DNA of 64,000 nt from Chiloscyllium plagiosum (lineage: Eukaryota). The position numbers and the translations under genes are program-made. The stretch covers positions 55,699,312 through 55,763,311 of the forward strand of contig NC_057725.1 of NCBI RefSeq assembly GCF_004010195.1, written 5' to 3'. Each line of letters opens with the position of its first letter. The stretch's first letter is position 1. Shown here piece by piece: positions 1-12,287 of the stretch. Under the pieces are notes generated by a model. It searched no databases. It saw only the letters and a program-made list of their open reading frames with translations, and was not told the DNA's origin.

Positions 1-172
1 ACCCTCCTCTAGCTTATCTCCCCACGCTCCAGGCTCACTGCCTTTATTACTGATGAAGGGCTTTTGCCCGAAATGTCGATTTCGAAGCTCCTTGGATGCT
101 GCCTGAACTGCTGTGCTCTTCCAGCACCACTAATCCAGAATCTGGTTTCCAGCATCTGCAGTCATTGTTTTT
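1..172 (+). mobile_element. Penelope-like element 3' end (family 1) with hammerhead motif, truncated by window edge
   Basis: CTGATGA-A-GGGC-TTTT-GCCC-GAAATGTC at 50-77, followed by the GGATGCTGCCTGA..CTTCCAGCACCAC..CCAGCATCTGCAGTC tail repeated many times in the window. Confidence 0.75.
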
Positions 173-379
173 ACACCCTGTCAACAGAGTAGTTCTAGAA
201 TTTTGTGACAATGACAATGAAGGAACAAGAATATAGTTCCATTTCAGCATGATCTGTGGCTTGGAGGGAAACCTGCAGGTAGCGTGTGGTTAGTATTCTT
301 GGTAACTACTTCCTTGTCTTTCTAGGTGGTAGGAGTTTACTGTTTGGAAGGAGCTGTCACAGGTGCTGACTTATACCAA

Positions 380-1665
380 TAGGAGCAAATAACAAAGGAG
401 GAGTGGCAGATCATTGTCTACTGAGCCTGCTCCACCCTGCAATTTGATCATGGTTGATCATCCTCTTCAATGCCTTTTTCCGCCCCACCAACCCTTTACA
501 TTTAGAAATTTTACTTTAAACATAAACACTAGCTCAGCTTTCACAGTCCTCTGCGGTACAGATTTTCAAAGATTCACAATCCTCTGGATTTAAAAAAGAA
601 TTCTTCTCATTACTGTCCTAAGTGGCATCTCCACTTTATAAATTGTGTCTCTTGGTTCTCTAGTCCCCAGCTAGAGCCAACATCTCACATGCATCTACCC
701 TGTCTATCCCTTCAAACATTTTGCAGGTTTCAATAGGTCACCTCTGAATCTTTGAAACCAAAAAGAATGCAGGCTGTGTTTCTCCTATCTATTCATAGGA
801 CAGTCCTGCCATCACAAGAACAAGTCTGGTGACTGTATGATAAACTCCCTCAACAGCAATCTCCTTTCTAAGGTAAGGGGACCAAATCTGTACACACCTT
901 TCTGTGTGCAATATAACGTAGGCTCCATACAATTGCAGCAAGACTTTGCTACTCCTGTATTCAAATCCTCTTGTAATAAAGATCAACACTCCATTAGCCT
1001 TCCCAACACCTTGTGGCACCACGTCCTAGCCTTCAGTGATTTATTCCAAAACGTCCAAGTCCATTTGTACATCTACATTTCCCAACCTCTTACCACTTAG
1101 GGAATACCCTGCAAATTTGTTCTTCCGACCAAAGTGGATGACTCACGATTTTTTTACATCATATTCGATCTGGCTTCTTCTTGCCTATTAACTGTTTCTT
1201 CAAATTCTCTTGAAGCCACTATGCATCTTCCTGACAGTACATGAACTTTGTGTCTTCGCAAACCTGAAAATATTATGTTTAGTCCTCACATCCAAATGAT
1301 TGACACAGATTGTTAACAGCTGGGGGTACAAGTGCTGATCCTTGTAGCACCTTATGAACCAACCAAAAGGAAAATGGACCATTTGATTTCTGCCAGTTAA
1401 CCAATTCTTAATCCATGCCAGAATATAATCTCTCTCCCATGTACTTCACATTTGCTAGCCAATCTCCTGTAAGGACATTTTCAAACCCTTTTTGAAAATC
1501 TAACTGTATTTCATCCATCAACTCCTCTTTATAAATTCTGTTGGTAGCACCCTTAAAAAAATTCCATGAGCTCTACACATGATTTCCCATTCACAAATCC
1601 ATGTTGACTATGCCTGATCTGATTATTATTATCCAACTGTCCTTTTATCCCATCCTTTATAATAG
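380..1665 (-). mobile_element. Degenerate CR1-type LINE fragment (RT C-terminus to 3' end)
   Basis: Minus-strand ORF remnants CVQIWSPYLRKE and LLTICVNHLDVRTKHNIFRFA resemble CR1 RT; many stops and frameshifts. Confidence 0.7.
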
Positions 1666-2347
1666 GTTACTAATCTAAGACAACACACAAATTTACTAAT
1701 CAAAAGGAGAAAAGTAAAGCTATTTAAATGTATACATAGGTCAATTTAAAAAGATATTAATATAAATAGTAAAACACAAATATATCCTTCCTCCAAGCAA
1801 TAATGTTTTCAGATACTCAATCCCAGAAAAATCTTAAAGCTTTAATTTCTTAACCCACTCTTTCAAGTTTTCATCAGGGACTGGTGAAACAGTTTTAAAA
1901 AGGTTCTTCCCAGTTCTGATCCCCAAAATCTCTTTTCAATTCTGATCGGTGGAAATCTTCTCTGCAAACTCTTACAGCTGGAAACTTGACAAAACGAAAA
2001 CACCTCTGCCAGGGTGTGACTGCTGTTCTCAATTAAAACCAGATTCTTCTCCTAGCATGAAACACAAGCCTGATTCCTATGAACTGAACTTGAAATAAAC
2101 CACCAGTCCCCTCTGATCATTGCCTGTGTGTCTTAAACTCAGCTGTAGAAATCCTTCATCATTTATCACCACAGGTATTTGACTCGGCACAGACTAAATC
2201 ACATGTTTTTTTAAAAATTCTGTATTTAGTCACTTTTCCAAATGCCAACCTGATGGCTTAAAAATGTATCTGCTTTTGTTCTAAACACCCAAATCCATAA
2301 ATGGTAATACCGTTGTATACCTTTATCCCAATCCCATCTTTATTACC

Positions 2348-2484
2348 CAACACTAGGTTAGCTACCTAACGAAGGAGCAGCGCTCCAAAAGCTTGTATTT
2401 CCAAATAAACCTGTTGGATTTATGACCTGGTGTTGTGTGAATTTTAACTTTGTCCACCCCAGTCCAAAACCAGCACCTCCACAT
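2348..2484 (+). mobile_element. Short Penelope-like end (family 2) with decayed hammerhead
   Basis: CCTAACGAAGGAGCAGCGCTCCAAAAGC..AAACCTGTTGGA..CCCCAGTCCAA; 13-bp TSD CATCTTTATTACC at 2335-2347 and 2485-2497. Confidence 0.75.
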
Positions 2485-4069
2485 CATCTTTATTACCAGC
2501 ACAACTGCACCCCATTTTTCTCTGTCTGCCTGTCCTTAAAATCAAAAATCCTTTGATATTCAGGTCCTCGACATGGTCATTCTGCATTATTGTTTACATA
2601 ATCGGAATAAGATCACACTAATTTCCTTCTACATGTACCTTGAAATCAACTATTTTTAAAAATCTGTGTTCAGGTAAAGTGCTTTTAATGTAGTCCACCT
2701 GTAGTACCATAGCACTCACTCAGTACTTCAGACAAGTGGCAATCAATACTGTTGCAGTTCTGTCTCTGGAGAGGGAACATACCTTGGAAAGTGATGGCAG
2801 TGAACCAAGGCTGACACATAATAGGATAAAAATCTCCTCTGGCATCTGGTTGTAAGAGTGTCTTATGCATTGAATTTGGACATTATCATTCCAGCTCCTA
2901 GTCAACCTCAACCACCAAATGCAAAAAAAAAATCAAAAATAGCAAGCAACAGCTGTAATAACAGGAACTTACATTTGCATAGATCCTTCAAGGTGATCCT
3001 GAGATGCTTCACAGGAGCATTATCAAATGGAATCTGAAACCAAAAGAGCATAAGTAGATGTTAAGACGGATAATCAAACTCATCCTGTCCATGAGATTGT
3101 CCTTACATTCACTCAATTATTCCACCTTGTCCCACAGACCTGACCAGCCTCAATGATCTGAGTTTTTCATGACTTTGAACCTCTCTATCCAGTCACCCCA
3201 ATTCTTCACTACTTTAAAGAAAACAACTCCAGAACTTAACACAGTGGTCAGACCTTCCTTTAACTTTTAGCATAACTACTTACTTTAAATTTTCACTCCT
3301 AAATGATCTGACCATAATTAATTTCTTCACAATTCTCGCCACACTACCAGTTAAAAGCATAGTTGATGGTCCCAATGTCAAAATGGGCCTCATCCTCATC
3401 CTTCTTGTCTGATTCTGCCAAAGTCCATGTTGCTCAGACCCCTACAACCTCCCACCCTTTGAAATTATACGCTGTATGTCCATGTCCAGGCCGTGAATGT
3501 ACATGAAAAATAAAATCAGTTATTATAATAGAAATCCTGAGGGGCACTATTGAAAAATCACTCTCCAGTTTGAAAAATAAGCATGTACACTGCTTTTTGT
3601 AACTTAAAAGTTTTGTAGACATGCTGCCTCAGTCCCGTTAATGTCACAGTTTGTAAATTTGTTGACAAATCTATTATGCAATGCTTTCTGAAATGCTGTG
3701 GAAAGTTTATATACACAACATTATCTTATCCTGATCAACCCTCTCCAATACTGCAATGAATTTTAAGTTAATCCAGTGCATTTTCCACAAAGAATTGTGC
3801 TGAGTTTCAATAACTAACCCTTATTTTCTCAATCAAAACTAAATTTCTTCACTAATTGTTTTCTGTTCAAGAAGTTTCCCCTGCAGTTTTATTATGCTGA
3901 ACAGTTGTTAGTGTGGTTTTGGCAGATCCTCCTCTTGCTTACATTAAAGGCAATACACAAGGGCAAGCTGAGGGTCTTGGAGTGCGGCAGTAGTGTCTCT
4001 ACGTCTGAGCCCAAAAATCTGAGTTCAATTCCCACCCACCCTGGAGATGGGTCATAACATATCCCTACA

Positions 4070-4173
4070 CGATGCTGGCAGATGGGACTAGATTGAGTTG
4101 GGATATCTGGTCGGCATGGACGAGTTGGACTGAAGGGTCTGTTTCTGTACTGTACATCTCTATGATTCTATGA
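4070..4173 (+). mobile_element. CR1/HER1-like LINE 3' tail
   Basis: GGGATATCTGGTCGGCATGGACGAGTTGGAC.GAAGGGTCTGTTTC..CTCTATGATTCTATGA; same tail as the longer CR1 copies. Confidence 0.75.
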
Positions 4174-5511
4174 CCTTGATTTAAAACCAATTGTGAGTGA
4201 AAGCTTATGTTGCTTTAGTGACCTTTGACAAGAGGTTAAGGAGGCAAAAACATAGCTAAAATACACACACTCTGGTACAACCTGCAATTGACTGAGAAGG
4301 AGAATGAAGTCGAGTGGTTATGGACTGGAAAAAGGGGCTGGTGACTTTCTCAAACCTAGGTTACAGAACGCTACCATTATGCAGGGCTGGAGGATGGGCA
4401 AGCTGTCTGATAGTGCAAAGGTAATGAAGTAAAGGCAATGCTCAATTCTGGAAATGAACCTGTGAAATGGAAGATATTCTGTTTCACAGCACTCACATCC
4501 CTCAATGTGATTAATAAAACAAAAACTTAAAATACAAATTTGCAATTGCACTATCCAGTTTATCAAACACAAATAAAACACTCCTGGTAAATGATATGTT
4601 TTTATGCAATTCGCTGTATCCCTTCACATCTCAGAAACCTTCATCACTTCACTTCTGTCACATTGATTAGTCAACTTAAAATCTTGCGCTGATTATAACA
4701 TTCTCTGGCTCAATATCAGTTCAAAGACACCGCCTTCAGTCATCATTCACATGCCATCAGCTTCATTCCCCTTCCCAGCCACTCTCAGGTACAGTTACAG
4801 CATGAGCCATCTTGGCATATTCAAACCTTTAAAACCTGCCTCCTATCCATGACAATGAACAATCACTTGTATCCACCTCTGCAACCTTCCTCACCACTCA
4901 ACAACAATTTTCATTTCCAGTATATAGTACTTTCTATGTGACAAAATGGCAAAAGCATTTTATGGGGACATTAATGAACAAAACTTGAAAATAAGCCAAA
5001 TACGGAGAGATTAGAAGCAAAGTGGAAGCCAGGGATCTGAAATAAAAACAAAGTGCTGCTATAGAAACTTAGCTGTGGCAACATCTGTGCATCAACAGTA
5101 ACATTGGGTTTTCTGAAAAATTATTTTTCAGAACTGAAATGAGTGCCAAAACTAAAACCAGTTTGTCCAAAGATCACCCATATTGTACCCACATTAATGC
5201 TGTTTCTCTCTCTCCACAGATGAGATCAGACCTGCTTAATTTCTCCAGCACCTCCTGTTTATATTTGAGATTGGTTGCCCTGAGAGATGGATTTTAGGCA
5301 GAACTTGAAAGGCAGAAAGTAAGATGAAAGGGTTTGGGAGGAAATTCAGAGCTTAGGCCCAAGACACCTTTAGATCCATCCAGTAGCACCGGATAAACGA
5401 AAATCAGAGTTAAGCAAGAGGTCAGATCTGGAGATCATAAAGTGAGTCCACAACAAAGTTCAGATACAACTTGCGCGATGTGTTGATTAATAACAGGGAT
5501 AATGCGTTTAT

Positions 5512-5797
5512 TTTTTTTTAGTTTTTATTTTAACCCCCACACTACCACCTAAGTGCGGTAGTGCTTATTTTATTTTTATTTTTTTTTATTCTTCTTTTTA
5601 TTTTCTATAACTTAACCCCACGCTACCGCCTAACTGCAGTAGTGCTTATTTTATCCCCAGCACCCATGGTTTGTGTGTGCAGGTGGGAGACACAGTGGAA
5701 GACACAAAGTGCACGAATCTTTATTCAAATTCCACCACCAGGAAGATAGAAAAACACCCGGGTGGCCAGTGACAAGCACTGCCCTTCACATCAAGGG
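5512..5797 (-). mobile_element. 5'-truncated retroposon (LINE-type 3' end) with A-rich tail
   Basis: 17-bp TSD AGGGA(T/C)AATGCGTTTAT at 5495-5511 and 5798-5814; poly-T at the left end; duplicated terminal hairpin unit. Confidence 0.7.
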
Positions 5798-6779
5798 AGG
5801 GACAATGCGTTTATGAGACATGATATACGTTAAGGCATTAAGTTGTTCTCTCATTAGAATCAACTGCAGGCAAGGGGATTGGTCAGCTGTCTGTGATGCA
5901 GAATGATGCAAACAGCACAGGTTCAATTCTCACAGTGGCTGAGATTACCTTCACAACCACTCCTTGTTTCAAGTGTGGCGACCTTCAGATGAAGTTGCCG
6001 CCAGTCATTTCTCGCTAATGTGGCCCTTTGAGACTTTGACAACTTTATTAATATGTGTGCAGCAGAGTTTTGGCTGAACTCAAGCTTATTGAGTCTGGTC
6101 ACGTGTTTATGGTATTAGTCAAAATTTGCAGTTTCTTTTAAGAAAAGTTAAACAAGAGGGATTCAGCAACAGATGAATCGAAGAAAGGACGAAGTTAGGT
6201 GATATTACCGAGAAAGAAATAGACCATGTTATTGACAGCACGAATACTGGTCGGAAGGTCAGTTTTTAAGCAGGTAGCACCGCTAGCAAAGATGGGAAGT
6301 TCACCAGTAATACCAAAGAACATTAAAGGTGCCGAAATCAACAATTAATGTGTAAAAATTGGTTACCATATTTGCCTATTATATTTATTTTCTACATTGA
6401 CTATATTAATTGTAAAGTAATTAATTTGAAGTGTCCCTACGCACAAAAGCTTAAGTTCATTTATTGTCACAATGAATCTTCTCGACCGAGCTTCGTTTCG
6501 CCCTGTAATCTCTTGTTTTCCTCGTGCTTGATCATAGAGCTGAAAGAATTGTTTCCATTAAAGGCGCCATGTTAATGCAAGTTAACACTAAGCCAGTTTC
6601 TTTTAATTCCCTGCCCCCAACGCCACAAAAAAACTTACTTTACTCTAAACAGGGGAGAATAGCCCTAAAAAAATCATCAATGTCTTAAGTCCGGAAGTCA
6701 GTAATACTTCACCCTCCACTGAAAGTTATGCACACTTTAGCACAGATTATTACAATTGTTTTAAAATACACACTTAAAT

Positions 6780-7560
6780 CGCGAGCTCCTTTGAAAGCAG
6801 ACCGAAGCGTTTGGCCTATTTAAAAGTTTCGGATCAAGAAGTGGCGAAGAGGAAAAGAAAGTGGAGATTTTTTTTTCCCCCCCGATGACTTGTCAGCACA
6901 CCAACTTACAAACTCACACCGAGCGGAAGACTCAGTGGCATCTGGGCGGTTTGTCGAAAGTTTTTTTTGTCCTCCAAAAATGAAACGGCTCCGGATGGGT
7001 TATGGCAGTGTCCGGGTGATTGCGGGATGTGGTTATACTGTTGTCTCACCAAATTATTGGAAAGCGCCTGCGAAGTCATTTCTTCCCGCCTCACGGCAGT
7101 GTCCAAACAACCAAGTTACTATGTTGCAAAGTTCCGTTGATAGAATGTTGCAACTTTCCGACGTTCCATCGCTAGAATGTTAAGACATTACAAACGTTCC
7201 ACACCTTTGCTCCCGAGCTCTCTCCACTGGTCAGGGCCGATGAACTGAAGGTTTCACTGACTCCCCAGTATCGGGCTTCCCTGTCTGAGCAATGGACTCT
7301 CTCTACCGTGAACTGCACCTGAGCGCTCTCAGATTGACAGATGGTAAGTCACCAAGCCTTCAGACCAGGATACACAAGTTCTCGCGCCACTGCCTTAGCC
7401 AATGGCGCCTGAACAAGCTAGAGTTCTGGCAAATCTGTTTCTTTTATATTTGTGTACACCGAGCAAAAGACCCAGACCGGATCGTTCTGGAATTGCTATG
7501 TTGGTTGCGTGTGCACTTGAGGTTCGGCACCGGCTTCAGGGTTAGGGATGACCAGCTGTA
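6780..7560 (-). promoter_or_regulatory. CpG-enriched promoter-like region with a probable non-coding first exon of a minus-strand gene
   Basis: CpG density well above the flanks; minus-strand donor GTGAGT at 6917; E2F-like TTCCCGCC near 7083 and TTCTCGCGC near 7379; CCAAT near 7400. No coding exon could be identified. Confidence 0.45.
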
Positions 7561-7939
7561 AGAGTAGATTAAACGGAATAGCTTGTATTAGCCTAAAGGG
7601 ACCCTATGGGCCGAATGAACTCCATGTATGCAGTATAAACATTAGCATATGCGTTTCACTGATTAATAAACTTGTAACAAGTTTGCCTTATTAATATGTT
7701 GGTATAATATTCTCAACTGAAAAAAGTCATTAGGAGTAAGAGTAATTGCAACCGTGCCTCACGCTAACGCAGCCACCAGCTGTAAATCGTGGATTTGTAG
7801 TTACATAAGCTGCCATGAAGGCAGTGATAAGGTGTAAACTCACTCTAATTGGGTGATGCCCAGGGCTGTTCCACATTAATTCATCTGCCATTTGCTGCAG
7901 AATCATCATTGTGGGGAGCGGGCGGTATTCTTTTAAAAG

Positions 7940-8150
7940 TTAAAAATCACAACACGAGGTTATAGTCCAACAGGTTTAATTGGAGGCACACTAGCTTTCG
8001 GAGTGACGCTCCTTCATGAGGTGATTGTCCTGATGAAGGAGCGGCGCTCCGAAAGTTCGTGTGCTTCCAATTAAACCTGTTGGACGATAACCTGGTATTG
8101 TGTGACTTTTAACTTTGTACACCCCAGTCCAACACCGGCATCTCCAAATC
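7940..8150. mobile_element. Fold-back Penelope-like mini-element (family 2) with two opposed hammerhead motifs
   Basis: Inverted arms centred near 8024; TSD ATTCTTTTAAAAG at 7927-7939 and 8151-8163. Confidence 0.8.
8030..8058 (+). ncRNA. Minimal type I hammerhead ribozyme motif
   Basis: CUGAUGA-A-GGAGC-GGC-GCUCC-GAAAGUUC; core nucleotides retained, stem III reduced to a tetranucleotide. Confidence 0.6.
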
Positions 8151-8879
8151 ATTCTTTTAAAAGGCATGTCATAACTGTCCTAGTAGTAGTCAGCACTCAC
8201 TCAAAACACATCTTGGGCCATAGCAGATGGAAGATGAGGGATAATTATGTGATGGTGAGCATGAGTCCCAGACCATAGAAAACATTACATCTACCCACTC
8301 ACTAAGATGTATTGCAAGAGGACTCCATTTCATCACTCTGGCATCTCTGAAGTTGTAAATTGGACAATCAATCTTTCAAGGCTTTTCTTGTTACACAAAA
8401 TTACTAGTAATTTGCAGAAATTGAACACATGTATGATAATTTAGCACTTGGTAATGTATAACTTTGTCAGTGTGATTGGTTCTCGTATCACTACTTTATG
8501 GGCACACTCCTTGGACTACCTATATAAATCATACTAAACAACTAGAATGTTCAATCTTTGCTTTCTGGGATTTGGTAACATCCGTTACCAGTCCCAATAT
8601 GGGGATTCTGGCAAAGTACTGTGTATCTGGCATTGACAGCATGCATAAAGCTTTCCTGAATTAATCACACAGTTTCTGTGGATAATTGGTGGATGTGGAG
8701 GCAGTACTCCATAGCCAGCTGAACACAGGAACCTGCATTGCCAGATATTCCAAATCTGGGTGTAATGACAATCTGAAAGCTAACCTTGGCTTGCAAACTG
8801 TATCCCAAGATGTGTTTGTTTAGGGGGTGGGGTGAAGGGTGGATGGAGGAGAGAACAAACTTAGTTCAGACCTAAATGG

Positions 8880-9345
8880 GAGAAAGTGAGGACTGCAGAT
8901 GCTGGAGATCAGAGCTGAAAAATGTGTTGCTGGAAAAGCGCAGCGGAGCAGGAGAATCGACGTTTCGAGCATAAGCCCTTCTTCGGGAATGAGGAGGGTG
9001 TGCCGAGCTGGCTAAGATAAAAGGGAGGGAGGAAGGACTTGGGGGAGGGGCGTTGGGAATGCGATAGGTGGAAGGAGGTTAAGGTGAGGGTGATAGGCCG
9101 GAGAAGCGGTGGGGGTGGAGAGGTCCTGACCTCTCCATCCCCACCCCCTCTCCGGCGTATCACCCTCACCTTAACCTCCTTCCACCTATCGCATTCCCAA
9201 TGCCCCTCCCCACCTTTTATCTTAGCCTGCTGGGCACACCCTCCTCATTCCCGAAGAAGGGCTCATGCCCGAAACGTCGATTCTTCTGCTCCTTGGATGC
9301 TGCCTGACCTGCTGCGCTTTACCAGCAACACATTTTTCAGCTCAT
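8880..9345. mobile_element. Fold-back Penelope-like mini-element (family 1)
   Basis: Arms of about 210-240 bp inverted around about 9126; each carries CCGAAGA-AGGGC..GC(C/T)C-GAAACGTC; TSD ACCTAAATGG at 8870-8879 and 9346-9355. Confidence 0.85.
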
Positions 9346-9711
9346 ACCTAAATGGACAGGTCATTTTGAAATTTGAAAACAAAGCCATGTTTTCAAGACA
9401 AGCAACCATAGCTCAAAGATGATGTCTCTGCCCTTCTCTCCAGATGTCATATGCAACACTTGCAAATTGGTTGTGTAAGTGTGTTGGAGAAACTCAGCAA
9501 GTCTGGCAACATCTGAAAGAGAGAGAAATAGTCAGTTTCAAGTCCAATGAGTCTACCTTGAGACATGTCTTTTTGTGAGATGTTGTCAACCTAGACTGTA
9601 AACAAGTCAATTTTTTTAACTTGCTGAACACCCCGTTGTTATATTGATCCATCAATTATATATCCTTTCTAACAAGTTTTCTTCCTTAAAAATAAGGCGA
9701 GAACTTACTTG

Positions 9712-10197
9712 CATAAGATTTAAAATCACAACACTAGGTTATACTCCAATAGGTTTATTTGGAAATATTAGCTTTCGGAGCACTGCTCCTTCATCAGGGT
9801 GCTGTGAAGCAGGATCATAAGACACCGAATTCATAATCCTGCTTCACAGCTACCTGCCGAATGAGCAGTGCGCCAAAAGCTAGTACTTCCAAATAAACCA
9901 TTCGGACTGTAACCTGGTGTTGTGATTTTTTAACTTTTGCAAAAGTGAGCACTGCAGATGCTGGAGATCAGAGTCTAGATTAGAGTGGTGCTGGAAAAGC
10001 ACAGCAGGTCAGGCAGCATGCGAGAAGCAGGAAAATCAACGTTTCGGGCATTCCTGATGAAGGGCTTTTGCCCGAAACATTGATTTTCCTGCTCCTCGGA
10101 TGCTGCCTGACCTGCTGTGCTTTTCCAGCACCACTCTAATCGAGACTCTGATTTTTAAACTTTGTCCACCCAAGTCCAACACCAGCACCTGTTCATC
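9712..10197. mobile_element. Fold-back family 2 element with a nested fold-back family 1 element (about 9939-10148)
   Basis: Outer inverted arms 9715-9935 resume at about 10165; the nested insert is flanked by duplicated TGATTTTT(T/A)AACTTT. Confidence 0.75.
9769..9797 (-). ncRNA. Minimal type I hammerhead ribozyme motif, intact core
   Basis: Minus strand CUGAUGA-A-GGAGC-AGU-GCUCC-GAAAGCUA; palindromic AGCU stem III with a CUA cleavage triplet. Confidence 0.7.
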
Positions 10198-11269
10198 ATT
10201 ACTTGAGTAGGTTTATGGACTATTTGCCCTCTGTAGTGATAAGCTATCATTTGATATCCCACACTACTACTGTATTTAATGCAGCAGCTAACTGCCTGTT
10301 GAAACTATACTGGTGAAATGGCATAACACTTGCCTTTTAGTTTCTGTAAACTTGAATTGAAGTTTAAAGAAGTAGGCCTTTTTCTTTTTGATCATTTTAA
10401 TTGAGCTCGTCATCATAGTGAGCAATATAAAGGTGAATCATCTCATTATATCACTAAACAATAAATTGCTCGCAACATTCTTACTTGTCAATCCAATATT
10501 ACAAAACAAGCTATTCTTTGATGTTTCTAATTTTGTCGAAAATCTGCAGGAAAATGTTTTTAAAATGCAGATAAAATTTGCTTGATTCTTAAAATTTGTC
10601 TAACTTGAAAATGCCATGGATCACCAACCAGTGCCTATTCACCGACTGTTAAGATCCTGTGTCTTTATGTAAATAAACTGCTTAAGTGAACGTGCGGGAG
10701 GTCACATGGTACCTAACCTAGCCGGGACCCGAGTAAACCATTTATCATTGCTTCTGTGGAGCGGCAGGTGAATTGCAAAGGCAGACCAGCTGTAGTTGAT
10801 GGCACATGCTGGAAGGGAAGCTAGAGGCATTATTATCAATTGTACTCTGCAGCACAATGTGTGGAATCATGGTTAGAGTAAGGTACCAGGCAAAAATGTG
10901 GGTCAGGCTTGCTACTGACCCATGAAAACCTATAGTTTCAGGTTTAACAGTTGGACTGGCAGGAATAGTTCACAATTCTCACATCAGACTCCTGCACAAG
11001 GAAATACTCCAGGTGATATGGACTTGGAGGATGGAGAAGTGAACTGATTTCCCACCTTGTTACTTTGGTGAGTGTAATGTATATGTTTAAACTTAGAAGT
11101 TCAATGTGATGTAAAAGGAAACACTGAGCACTGAACTCCCAAAGTTGGCAAACGCAAAATTTTGAATATTTTTTCCTAAAACAAATGCATTCATGGCATG
11201 GGGACAGGATGGTTCTGGGTGTGATTAGCTCCATGCGCAGCACCCATGCATGCCAGCACTTGGGGTACT

Positions 11270-11710
11270 TAGAGTCATAGAGACGTACAGCATAGAAAGA
11301 CGTCCACGCCGACCAGATATCCCAACCCAATCTAATCCCACCTGCCAGCACCCGACCCATTTCCCTCCAAACCCTTCCTATTCGTATACCCCTCTTAAAT
11401 GTTGCAATTGTACCAGCCTCCACCACTACTTCTGGCAGCTCATTCATTCGCGTACCACTCTGCGTGAAAAAGTTGCCCCGTAGGTCTCTTTTATACCTTT
11501 CCCCTCTCACCCTAAACCTATGCCCTCTAGTTCTGGACTCCCTGACACCAGGGAAAAGACTTTGCCTATTTACCCTATTCATATCCCTCATAATTTTGTA
11601 AACCTCTATAAGGTCACCCCTCAGCCTCCGACACTCCAGGGAAAACAGCCCCAGCCTGTTCAGCCTCTCCCTATAGCTCAAATCCTCCAACCCTGGCAAC
11701 ATCCTTGTAA
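11270..11710 (-). mobile_element. CR1/HER1-like LINE 3' fragment
   Basis: MLPGLEDLSYRERLNRLGLFSLECRRLRGDLIEVYKIM..RTRGH is the CR1 ORF2 C-terminus; ends in the CTCTATGACTCT tail. Confidence 0.9.
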
Positions 11711-12174
11711 ACTTAAATTTTGTTACTTTCTGTCACCATGAAAGTTGTAAACTACAATGTCTTCTATTGTAATAACATAAATTTCATTTCATAAATCTAA
11801 CAATGTCTCAGCAATACAAGAATATTGATGAGGTTAGCTGTTTAATTTCAAGGAAGGCGTATTGTTCAAGATGCAAGCTTTTGTTCAGTCAGCAAAACCT
11901 CCATGCAAAGTTGAGGTGTTGGAAGACCCTGTGGCTCTCAATCTTTCTCTTGAGACAATCTTCACAGCAAGTCATTAACAATAAAGTAAGCTTAAGAATA
12001 ATGGCCAAATTGCATCTTTTACTGGTTCCCTTGCAATCCTAAATAGAGTTTTCCTGGTAAAAATACTCACGTCGATGTATCTTTGTGTTAAGTATTGGTT
12101 TATGATATCTTGGTTTGCACAGAGCCTTCACATACGATGGGTCGTGTGACTGTCGGGGAACACCATGGATATAT

Positions 12175-12282
12175 GATGTGGAGGAGCCAGTGTTGGACTG
12201 GGGTAGACAAAGTTTTTAAAAAATCACAATAGCAGGTTATAGTCCAACAGGTGTGTATTTGGAACACTAGCTTTCAGAGCAA
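12175..12282 (-). mobile_element. Left arm of the Penelope-like (family 2) element interrupted by the provirus
   Basis: GGAGGAGCCAGTGTTGGACTGGGG..GGTTATAGTCCAACAGG..CTAGCTTTCAGAGC, inverted relative to 21831-21908. Confidence 0.7.
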
Positions 12283-12287
12283 CGGAC

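Noticed and set aside
4282-4460. Possible minus-strand exon with a good acceptor (TCTTCCATTTCACAG)
   Set aside because: Stops in all three frames and a weak donor; cannot be supported without transcripts
7292-7561. 89-aa + strand ORF with an internal GTAAGT donor
   Set aside because: No recognisable homology and no downstream exon found; kept only as a hint of bidirectional transcription
10944-11702. 252-aa minus-strand ORF as a host gene
   Set aside because: N-terminal half is the CR1 ORF2 C-terminus; the remainder is chance read-through into flanking DNA
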